From contig NEEC01000326.1 in assembly GCA_002189035.1 (NCBI GenBank), positions 1 through 33,202 on the forward strand: a stretch of 33,202 nt of DNA, in the 5' to 3' direction. Shown here piece after piece: positions 11,401 to 23,200 of this stretch. Both the position numbers and the translations under genes were made by a program. Below the pieces are notes generated by a model. That model was not told where the DNA came from. It was given only the letters and a program-made list of their open reading frames with translations, and did no database searches. Every line of letters starts with the position of its first letter. Position 1 is the stretch's first letter. The DNA is from Utricularia gibba (taxonomy: Eukaryota > Plantae > Magnoliophyta).

Positions 11401-14400
11401 TCGTTTTGTGGCGCCAGTCTCGCTGGGAACTTGGTCCTTGACCCCGATTCTGTATGGCTCATGAGGTCAACCGGATGCAAATCGATTAAAAAAAATGATG
11501 CATTTGTTTAAATTGCGATATCACGTGCACCCCACATGATTTTTTCAACAACTTACTTTATACTTGTCTTGGGTGCACCTGAACGGGACAAAGGTAAGGT
11601 TTGGCTTGCGCCGAGAGTTAGTTGTAGCCCGACAAATAAAGTGATGTATTTATTATCGTTCGGTTTTCGGGGCTGCCTACATGGTTTTTCAAGGAACCGC
11701 TTCTCGTTTTGTGGCGGCCAGTCTCGCTGGGAACTTGGTCCTTGACCCCGATTCTGTATGGCTCATGAGGTCAACCGGATGCAAATCGATTAAAAAAAAT
11801 GATGCATTTGTTTAAATTGCGATATCACGTGCACCCCACATGATTTTTTCAACAACTTACTTTATACTTGAGAGGCGGTCTTGGGCACTGGACAAAGGTA
11901 AGGTTTGGCTTGCGCCGAGAGTTAGTTGTAGCCCGACAAATAAAGTGATGTATTTATTATCGTTCGGTTTTCGGGGCTGCCTACATGGTTTTTCAAGGAA
12001 CCGCTTCTCGTTTTGTGGCGCCAGTCTCGCTGGGAACTTGGTCCTTGACCCGATTCTGTATGGCTCATGAGGTCAACCGGATGCAAATCGATTAAAAAAA
12101 TGATGCATTTGTTTAAATTGCGATATGCACCCCACATGATTTTTTCAACAACTTACTTTATACTTGAGGAGGCGGTCTTGGGTGCACTGGAACGGGACAA
12201 AGGTAAGGTTTGGCTTGCGAGTTAGTTGTAGCCCGACAAATAAAGTGATGTATTTATTATCGTTTTTTCGGGGGCTGCCTACATGGTTTTTCAAGGAACC
12301 GCTTCTCGTTTTGTGGCGGCCAGTCTCGCTGGGAACTTGGTCCTTGACCCCGATTCTGTATGGCTCATGAGGTCAACCGGATGCAAATCGATTAAAAAAA
12401 TGATGCATTTGTTTAAATTGCGATATCACGTGCACCACATGATTTTTTCAACAACTTACTTTATACTTGAGGAGGCGGTCTTGGGTGCACTGAACGGGAC
12501 AAAGGTAAGGTTTGGCTTGCGCCGAGAGTTAGTTGTAGCCCGACAAATAAAGTGATGTATTTATTATCGTTCGGTTTTCGGGGGCTGCCTACATGGTTTT
12601 TCAAGGAACCGCTTCTCGTTTTGTGGCGGCCAGTCTCGCTGGGAACTTGGTCCTTGACCCGATTCTGTATGGCTCATGAGGTCAACCGGATGCAAATCGA
12701 TTAAAAAAAATGATGCATTTGTTTAAATTGCGATATCACGTGCACCCCACATGATTTTTTCAACAACTTACTTTATACTTGAGGAGGCGGTCTTGGGTGC
12801 CGGGACAAAGGTAAGGTTTGGCTTGCGCCGAGAGTTAGTTGTAGCCCGACAAATAAAGTGATGTATTTATTATCGTTCGGTTTTCGGGGCTGCCTACATG
12901 GTTTTTCAAGGAACCGCTTCTCGTTTGTGGCGGCCAGTCTCGCTGGGAACTTGGTCCTTGACCCCGATTCTGTATGGCTCATGAGGTCAACCGATGCAAA
13001 TCGATTAAAAAAATGATGCATTTGTTTAAATTGCGATATCACGTGCACCCCACATGATTTTTTCAACAACTTACTTTCTTGAGGAGGCGGTCTTGGGTGC
13101 ACCTGAACGGACAAAGGTAAGGTTTGGCTTGCGCCGAGAGTTAGTTGTAGCCCGACAAATAAAGTGATGTATTTATTATCGTTCGGTTTTCGGGGGCTGC
13201 CTACATGGTTTTTCAACCGCTTCTCGTTTTGTGGCGGCCAGTCTCGCTGGGAACTTGTCCTTGACCCCGATTCTGTATGGCTCATGAGGTCAACCGGATG
13301 CAAATCGATTAAAAAAAATGATGCATTTGTTTAAATTGCGATATGTGCACCCACATGATTTTTTCAACAACTTACTTTATACTTGGGGAGGCGGTCTTGG
13401 GGTGCAGAACGGGACAAGGTAAGGTTTGGCTTGCCGAGAGTTAGTTGTAGCCCCACAATAAAGTGATAATTTTTATCGTTCGGTTTTCGGGCTGCCTACA
13501 TGGTTTTTCAAGGAACCGCTTCTCGTTTTGTGGCGGCCAGTCTCGCTGGGAACTTGGTCCTTTACCCCGATTCTGTATGGCTCATGAGGTCAACCGAATG
13601 CAAATCGATTAAAAAAAATGATGCATTTGTTTAAATTGCGATATCATGTGCACCCCACATGATTTTTTCAACAACTTACTTTATACTTGCGGTCTTGGGT
13701 GCACTGGAACGGGACAAAGGTAAGGTTTGGCTTGCGCCGAGAGTTAGTTGTAGCCGACAAATAAAGTGATGTATTTATTATCGTTCGGTTTTCGGGGCTG
13801 CCTACATGGTTTTTCAAGGAACCGCTTCTCGTTTTGTGGCGGCCAGTCTCGCTGGGAACTTGGTCCTTGACCCCGATTCTGTATGGCTCATGAGGTCAAC
13901 CGGATGCAAATCGATTAAAAAAAATGATGCATTTGTTTAAATTGCGATATCACGTGCACCCCACATGATTTTTTCAACAACTTACTTTATACTTGAGGCG
14001 GTCTTGGGGTGCAAACGGGACAAAGGTAAGGTTTGGCTTGCGCCGAGAGTTAGTTGTAGCCCGACAAATAAAGTGATGTATTTATATCGTTCGGTTTTCG
14101 GGGGCTGCCTACATGGTTTTTCAAGGAACCGCTTCTCGTTTTGTGGCGGCCAGTCTCGCTGGAACTTGGTCCTTGACCCCGATTCTGTATGGCTCATGAG
14201 GTCAACCGGATGCAAATCGATTAAAAAAATGATGCATTTGTTTAAATTGCGATATGTGCACCCCACATGATTTTTTCAACACTTACTTTATACTTGAGGA
14301 GGCGGTGGGTGCAAACGGGACAAAGGTAAGGTTTGGCTTGCGAGTTAGTTGTAGCCAAATAAAGTGATGTATTTATTATCGTTCGGTTTCGGGGGCTGCC

Positions 14401-15039
14401 TACATGGTTTTTCAAGGAACCGCTTCTCGTTTTGTGGCGTCTCGCTGGGAACTTGGTCCTTGACCCCGATTCTGTATGGCTCATGAGGTCAACCGGATGC
14501 AAATCGATTAAAAAAAATGATGCATTTGTTTAAATTGCGATATCACGTGCACCCCACATGATTTTTTCAACAACTTACTTTATACTTGGGAGGCGGTCTT
14601 GGGTGCAGAACGGGACAAAGGTAAGGTTTGGCTTGCGCGAGAGTTAGTTGTAGCCAATAAAGTGATGTATTTTTTCGTTCGGTTTTCGGGGCTGCCTACA
14701 TGGTTTTTCAAGGAACCGCTTCTCGTTTTGTGGCGCCAGTCTCGCTGGGAACTTGGTCCTTGACCCGATTCTGTATGGCTCATGAGGTCAACCGGATGCA
14801 AATCGATTAAAAAAATGATGCATTTGTTTAAATTGCGATATCACGTGCACCCCACATGATTTTTTCAACAACTTACTTTATACTTGAGGAGGCGGTCTTG
14901 GGGCAAACGGACAAAGGTAAGGTTTGGCTTGCGCCGAGAGTTAGTTGTAGCCCGACAAATAAGTGATGATTTTTATCGTTCGGTTTTCGGGGCTGCCTAC
15001 ATGGTTTTTCAAGGAACCGCTTCTCGTTTTGTGGCGGCC

Positions 15040-16075
15040 AGGTCTTGGCTGGGAATTGGTTAGTTGTAGCCCACCCCGATTTTGTATGTATTTATTAGAG
15101 GTCGGTTTTCGGGGCTGCCTACATGGTTTTTCAAGGAACCGCTTCTCGTTTTGTGGCGGCCAGTCTCGCTGGGAACTTGGTCCTTGACCCCGATTCTGTA
15201 TGGCTCATGAGGTCAACCAAAAAAAATGATGCATTTGTTTAAATTGCGATATCATGTGCAAATGATGCATTTTTTTAAAACGTTACTTTATACTTGAGGA
15301 CCCCACATGATTCTTTTCAACAGTTGACTTTATACTTTCTTGGTGCACGGGACAAAGGTAAGGTTTGGCTTGCGCGAGAGTTAGTTGTAGCCCGACAAAT
15401 AAAGTGATGTATTTATTATCGTTCGGTTTTCGGGGCTGCCTACATGGTTTTTCAAGGAACCGCTTCTCGTTTTGTGGCGGCCAGTCTCGCTGGGAACTTG
15501 GTCCTTGACCCCGATTCTGTATGGCTCATGAGGTCAACCGGATGCAAATCGATTAAAAAAAATGATGCATTTGTTTAAATTGCGATATCACGATGCACTT
15601 GGTTTTCACTGATTTTTTCACATGGTTTTTCAAGGAACCGCTTCTCGTTTTGTCTTTAGTCTCATGAGGTCTGGGAACTGCACTTGAGAACCGACAAAGG
15701 TAAGGTTGGCTCATGAGGTTAAGCCCGATGCAAATAAAGATTAAAAAAAATGATGCATTTGTTTAAATTGCGATATGTGCACCCCACATGTTTTTTTTCG
15801 GAACAACTTACATGGTTTTTCAAGGAACCTACTCTGAGGTTTTGTGGCGGTCTTCTCGTGCTGGGAACTTGGTCCTTGACCCCGATTCTTGTATGGCTCA
15901 GAGTTAGTTGTAGCCCGACAAATAAAGTGATGTATTTATTATCGTTCGTTTTCGGGGGCTGCCGGATGCAAATTCGATTAAAACCGCTGATGCATTTGTT
16001 TAAATTGCGATATCACGTGCGGCCACCCTCGCTGGGATGATTTTTTTCAACAACCCCGACTCTGTATACTCATGA
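15040..16075. other. Garbled, out-of-register mosaic of monomer segments; probable consensus or assembly artefact
   Basis: Sequence alternates every few bases between two registers of the same monomer, e.g. 15041-15105 GGTCTTGGCTGGGAATTGGTTAGTTGTAGCCCACCCCGATTTTGTATGTATTTATTAGAGGTCGG. One near-normal stretch lies at about 15350-15590. Confidence 0.8.
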
Positions 16076-19000
16076 GGTCAACCGGATGCAAATCGATTAA
16101 AAAAAATGATGCATTTGTTTAAATTGCGATATCACGTGCACCCCACATGATTTTTTCAACAACTTACTTTATACTTGAGGAGGCGGTCTTGGGTGCACCT
16201 TGAACGGACAAAGGTAAGGTTTGGCTTGCGCCGAGAGTTAGTTGTAGCCCGACAAATAAAGTGATGTATTTTATTATCGTTCGGTTTTCGGGGGCTGCCT
16301 ACATGGTTTTTCAAGGAACCGCTTCTCGTTTTGTGGCGGCCAGTCTCGCTGGGAACTTGGTCCTTGACCCCGATTCTGTATGGCTCATGAGGTCAACCGG
16401 ATGCAAATCGATTAAAAAAAATGATGCATTTGTTTAAATTGCGATATCACGTGCACCCCACATGATTTTTTCAACAACTTACTTTATACTTGAGGAGGCT
16501 GGGTGCACTGGAACGGGACAAAGGTAAGGTTTGGCTTGCGCGAGAGTTAGTTGTACAAATAAAGTGATGTATTTATTATCGTTCGGTTTTCGGGGCTGCC
16601 TACATGGTTTTTCAAGGAACCGCTTCTCGTTTTGTGGCGGCCAGTCTCGCTGGGAACTTGGTCCTTGACCCCGATTCTGTATGGCTCATGAGGTCAACCG
16701 GATGCAAATCGATTAAAAAAAATGATGCATTTGTTTAAATTGCGATATCATGTGCACCCCACATGATTTTTTCAACAACTTACTTTATACTTGGGAGGCG
16801 GTCTTGGGGTGCACCTTGAACGGGACAAAGGTAAGGTTTGGCTTGCGCCGAGAGTTAGTTATAGCCCGACAAATAAAGTGATGTATTTATTATCGTTCGG
16901 TTTTCGGGGCTGCCTACATGGTTTTTCAAGGAACCGCTTCTCGTTTTGTGGCGGCCAGTCTCGCTGGGAACTTGGTCCTTGACCCCGATTCTGTATGGCT
17001 CATGAGGTCAACCGGATGCAAATCGATTAAAAAAATGATGCATTTGTTTAAATTGCGATATCACGTGCACCCCACATGATTTTTTCAACAACTTACTTTA
17101 TACTTGAGGAGGCGGTCTTGGGTGCACCTGAACGGGACAAAGGTAAGGTTTGGCTTGCGCGAGAGTTAGTTGTAGCCCGACAAATAAAGTGATGTATTTA
17201 TTATCGTTCGGTTTTCGGGGGCTGCCTACATGGTTTTCAAGGAACCGCTTCTCGTTTTGTGGCGGCCAGTCTCGCTGGGAACTTGGTCCTTGACCCCGAT
17301 TCTGTATGGCTCATGAGGTCAACCGGATGCAAATCGATTAAAAAAAATGATGCATTTGTTTAAATTGCGATATCATGCACCCCACATGATTTTTTCAACA
17401 ACTTACTTTATACTTGAGGAGGCGGTCTTGGGTGCTTGAACGGACAAAGGTAAGGTTTGGCTTGCGCCGAGAGTTAGTTGTAGCCCGACAAATAAAGTGA
17501 TGTATTTATTATCGTTCGGTTTTCGGGGGCTGCCTACATGGTTTTTCAAGGAACCGCTTCTCGTTTTTGTGGCGGCCAGTCTCGCTGGGAACTTGGTCCT
17601 TGACCCCGATTCTGTATGGCTCATGAGGTCAACCGGATGCAAATCGATTAAAAAAAATGATGCATTTGTTTAAATTGCGATATCACGTGCACCCCACATG
17701 ATTTTTTCAACAACTTACTTTATACTTGAGGAGGCGTCTTGGGTGCACCTGGAACGGGACAAAGGTAAGGTTTGGCTTGCGCCGAGAGTTAGTTGTAGCC
17801 CGCAAATAAAGTGATGTATTTATTATCGTTCGGTTTTCGGGGCTGCCTACATGGTTTTTCAAGGAACCGCTTCTCGTTTTGTGGCGGCCAGTCTCGCTGG
17901 AACTTGGTCCTTGACCCCGATTCTGTATGGCTCATGAGGTCAACCGGATGCAAATCGATTAAAAAAAAATTGCATTTGTTTAAATTGCGATATCACGTGC
18001 ACCCCACATGATTTTTTTCAACAACTTACTTTATACTTGGGGAGGCGGTCTTTGGGTGCACTTGGAACGGGACAAAGGTAAGGTTTGGCTTGCGCCGAGA
18101 GTTAGTTGTAGCCCGCAAATAAAGTGATGTATTTATTATCGTTCGGTTTTCGGGGCTGCCTACATGGTTTTTCAAGGAACCGCTTCTCGTTTTGTGGCGG
18201 CCAGTCTCGCTGGGAACTTGGTCCTTGACCCCGATTCTGTATGGCTCATGAGGTCAACCGGATGCAAATCGATTAAAAAAATGATGCATTTGTTTAAATT
18301 GCGATATCACGTGCACCCCACATGATTTTTTCAACAACTTACTTTATACTTGAGGAGGCGGTCTTGGGTGCAGCTGACAAAGGTAAGGTTTGGCTTGCGC
18401 CGAGAGTTAGTTGTAGCCCGACAAATAAAGTGATGTATTTTTTATCGTTCGGTTTTCGGGGGCTGCCTACATGGTTTTTCAAGGAACCGCTTCTCGTTTT
18501 GTGGCGGCCAGTCTCGCTGGGAACTTGGTCCTTGACCCCGATTCTGTATGGCTCATGAGGTCAACCGGATGCAAATCGATTAAAAAAAATGATGCATTTG
18601 TTTAAATTGCGATATCGTGCACCCCACATGATTTTTTCAACAACTTACTTTATACTTGAGGAGGCGGTCTTGGGTGCACCTGGAACGGGACAAAGGTAAG
18701 GTTTGGCTTGCCCGAGAGTTAGTTGTAGCCCGGCAAATAAAGTGATGTATTTTTATCGTTCGGTTTTCGGGGGCTGCCTACATGGTTTTTCAAGGAACCG
18801 CTTCTCGTTTTGTGGCGGCCAGTCTCGCTGGGAACTTGGTCCTTGACCCCGATTCTGTATGGCTCATGAGGTCAACCGGATGCAAATCGATTAAAAAAAA
18901 TGATGCATTTGTTTAAATTGCGATATCACGTGCACCCCACATGATTTTTTCAACAACTTACTTTATACTTGGGGAGGCGTCTTGGGTGCACCTTGAACGG

Positions 19001-20113
19001 GACAAAGGTAAGGTTTGGCTTGCGCCGAGAGTTAGTTTAGCCCGACAAATAAAGTGATGTATTTATTATCGTTCGGTTTTCACCTACATGGTTTTTCAAG
19101 GAACCGCTTCTCGTTTGTGGCGGCCAGTCTCGCTGGGAACTTGGTCCTTGACCCCGATTCTGTATGGCTCATGAGGTCAACCGGATGCAAATCGATTAAA
19201 AAAAATGATGCATTTGTTTAAATTGCGATATCATGTGCACCCCACATGATTTTTTCAACAACTTACTTTATACTTGAGGAGGCGGTCTTGGGTGCAGCTG
19301 AACGGGACAAAGGTAAGGTTTGGCTTGCGCCGAGAGTTAGTTGTAGCCCGCAAATAAAGTGATGTATTTATTATCGTTCGGTTTTCGGGGCTGCCTACAT
19401 GGTTTTTCAAGGAACCGCTTCTCGTTTTTGTGGCGGCCAGTCTCGCTGGGAACTTGGTCCTTGACCCCGATTCTGTATGGCTCATGAGGTCAACCGGATG
19501 CAAATCGATTAAAAAAAATGATGCATTTGTTTAAATTGCGATATCACGTGCACCCCACATGATTTTTTTCAACAACTTACTTTATACTTGGGAGGCGGTC
19601 TTGGGGTGCACTGGAACGGGACAAAGGTAAGGTTTGGCTTGCGCCGAGAGTTAGTTGTAGCCCGCAAATAAAGTGATGTATTTATTATCGTTCGGTTTTC
19701 GGGGCTGCCTACATGGTTTTTCAAGGAACCGCTTCTCGTTTTGTGGCGGCCAGTCTCGCTGGGAACTTGGTCCTTGACCCCGATTCTGTATGGCTCATGA
19801 GGTCAACCGGATGCAAATCGATTAAAAAAAATGATGCATTTGTTTAAATTGCGATATCACGTGCACCCCACATGATTTTTTCAACAACTTACTTTATACT
19901 TGAGGAGGCGGTCTTGGGTGCACCTGAACGGGACAAAGGTAAGGTTTGGCTTGCGCCGAGAGTTAGTTGTAGCCCGCAAATAAAGTGATGTATTTATTAT
20001 CGTTCGGTTTTCGGGGGCTGCCTACATGGTTTTTCAAGGAACCGCTTCTCGTTTTGTGGCGGCCAGTCTCGCTGGGAACTTGGTCCTTGACCCCGATTCT
20101 GTATGGCTCATGA

Positions 20114-20260
20114 GGTCAACCGGATGCAAATCGATTAAAAAAAATGATGCATTTGTTTAAATTGCGATATGACGTGCACCCCACATGATTTTTTTCAACA
20201 ACTTACTTTATACTTGGGGAGGCGGTCTTGGGGTGCACCTTGAACGGGACGGATGCAAAT
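20114..20260. other. Truncated monomer: clean ~188-bp deletion joining ...GAACGGGAC to GGATGCAAAT...
   Basis: Junction at 20250/20251 goes from consensus position 136 directly to position 9 of the next monomer. The sequence is clean on both sides. Confidence 0.85.
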
Positions 20261-23200
20261 CGATTAAAAAAAATGATGCATTTGTTTAAATTGCGATATC
20301 ATGTGCACCCCACATGATTTTTTCAACAACTTACTTTATACTTGAGGAGGCGGTCTTGGGGTGCAGCTGGAACGGGACAAAGGTAAGGTTTGGCTTGCGC
20401 GAGAGTTAGTTGTAGCCCGGCAAATAAAGTGATGTATTTATTATCGTTCGGTTTTCGGGGGCTGCCTACATGGTTTTTCAAGGAACCGCTTCTCGTTTTG
20501 TGGCGGCCAGTCTCGCTGGGAACTTGGTCCTTGACCCCGATTCTGTATGGCTCATGAGGTCAACCGGATGCAAATCGATTAAAAAAAATGATGCATTTGT
20601 TTAAATTGCGATATCACGTGCACCCCACATGATTTTTTCAACAACTTACTTTATACTTGAGGAGGCGGTCTTTGGGTGCACTGAACGGACAAAGGTAAGG
20701 TTTGGCTTGCGCCAGAGTTAGTTGTAGCCCGGCAAATAAAGTGATGTATTTATTATCGTTCGGTTTTCGGGGGCTGCCTACATGGTTTTTCAAGGAACCG
20801 CTTCTCGTTTTGTGGCGGCCAGTCTCGCTGGGAACTTGGTCCTTGACCCCGATTCTGTATGGCTCATGAGGTCAACCGGATGCAAATCGATTAAAAAAAA
20901 ATGATGCATTTGTTTAAATTGCGATATCACGTGCACCCCACATGATTTTTTTCAACAACTTACTTTATACTTGGGGAGGCGGTCTTGGGTGCACCTTGAA
21001 CGGGACAAAGGTAAGGTTTGGCTTGCGCCGAGAGTTAGTTGTAGCCCGACAAATAAAGTGATGTATTTATTATCGTTCGGTTTTCGGGGGCTGCCTACAT
21101 GGTTTTTCAAGGAACCGCTTCTCGTTTTGTGGCGGCCAGTCTCGCTGGGAACTTGGTCCTTGACCCCGATTCTGTATGGCTCATGAGGTCAACCGGATGC
21201 AAATCGATTAAAAAAAATGATGCATTTGTTTAAATTGCGATATCATGTGCACCCCACATGATTTTTTCAACAACTTACTTTATACTTGAGGAGGCGGTCT
21301 TGGGTGCACTGGAACGGGACAAAGGTAAGGTTTGGCTTGCGCCGAGAGTTAGTTGTAGCCCGGCAAATAAAGTGATGTATTTATTATCGTTCGGTTTTCG
21401 GGGGCTGCCTACATGGTTTTTCAAGGAACCGCTTCTCGTTTTGTGGCGGCCAGTCTCGCTGGGAACTTGGTCCTTGACCCCGATTCTGTATGGCTCATGA
21501 GGTCAACCGGATGCAAATCGATTAAAAAAAATGATGCATTTGTTTAAATTGCGATATCACGTGCACCCCACATGATTTTTTTCAACAACTTACTTTATAC
21601 TTGAGGAGGCGGTCTTGGGGTGCACTGGAACGGGACAAAGGTAAGGTTTGGCTTGCGCCGAGAGTTAGTTGTAGCCCGGCAAATAAAGTGATGTATTTAT
21701 TATCGTTCGGTTTTCGGGGGCTGCCTACATGGTTTTTCAAGGAACCGCTTCTCGTTTTGTGGCGGCCAGTCTCGCTGGGAACTTGGTCCTTGACCCCGAT
21801 TCTGTATGGCTCATGAGGTCAACCGGATGCAAATCGATTAAAAAAAAATGATGCATTTGTTTAAATTGCGATATCACGTGCACCCCATGATTTTTTCAAC
21901 AACTTACTTTATACTTGAGGAGGCGGTCTTGGGGTGCACCTGAACGGGACAAAGGTAAGGTTTGGCTTGCGCCGAGAGTTAGTTGTAGCCCCACAAATAA
22001 AGTGATGTATTTATTATCGTTCGGTTTTCGGGGCTGCCTACATGGTTTTTCAAGGAACCGCTTCTCGTTTTGTGGCGGCCAGTCTCGCTGGGAACTTGGT
22101 CCTTGACCCCGATTCTGTATGGCTCATGAGGTCAACCGGATGCAAATCGATTAAAAAAAATGATGCATTTGTTTAAATTGCGATATCATGTGCACCCACA
22201 TGATTTTTTCAACAACTTACTTTATACTTGAGGAGGCGGTCTTGGGGTGCAGCTGGAACGGGACAAAGGTAAGGTTTGGCTTGCGCGAGAGTTAGTTGTA
22301 GCCCGACAAATAAAGTGATGTATTTATTATCGTTCGGTTTTCGGGGGCTGCCTACATGGTTTTTCAAGGAACCGCTTCTCGTTTTGTGGCGGCCAGTCTC
22401 GCTGGGAACTTGGTCCTTGACCCCGATTCTGTATGGCTCATGAGGTCAACCGGATGCAAATCGATTAAAAAAAATGATGCATTTGTTTAAATTGCGATAT
22501 CACGTGCACCCCACATGATTTTTTCAACAACTTACTTTATACTTGAGGAGGCGGTCTTTGGGTGCACTTGGAACGGGACAAAGGTAAGGTTTGGCTTGCG
22601 CCGAGAGTTAGTTGTAGCCCCAAATAAAGTGATGTATTTTTATCGTTCGGTTTTCGGGGGCTGCCTACATGGTTTTTCAAGGAACCGCTTCTCGTTTTGT
22701 GGCGCCAGTCTCGCTGGGAACTTGGTCCTTGACCCCGATTCTGTATGGCTCATGAGGTCAACCGGATGCAAATCGATTAAAAAAAATGATGCATTTGTTT
22801 AAATTGCGATATCGTGCACCCCACATGATTTTTTTCAACAACTTACTTTATACTTGAGGAGGCGGTCTTGGGGTGCACTTGAACGGGACAAAGGTAAGGT
22901 TTGGCTTGCGCCGAGAGTTAGTTGTAGCCCGACAAATAAAGTGATGTATTTATTATCGTTCGGTTTTCGGGGGCTGCCTACATGGTTTTTCAAGGAACCG
23001 CTTCTCGTTTTGTGGCGGCCAGTCTCGCTGGGAACTTGGTCCTTGACCCCGATTCTGTATGGCTCATGAGGTCAACCGGATGCAAATCGATTAAAAAAAA
23101 TGATGCATTTGTTTAAATTGCGATATCATGTGCACCCCACATGATTTTTTCAACAACTTACTTTATACTTGAGGAGGCGGTCTTGGGGTGCACCTTGAAC

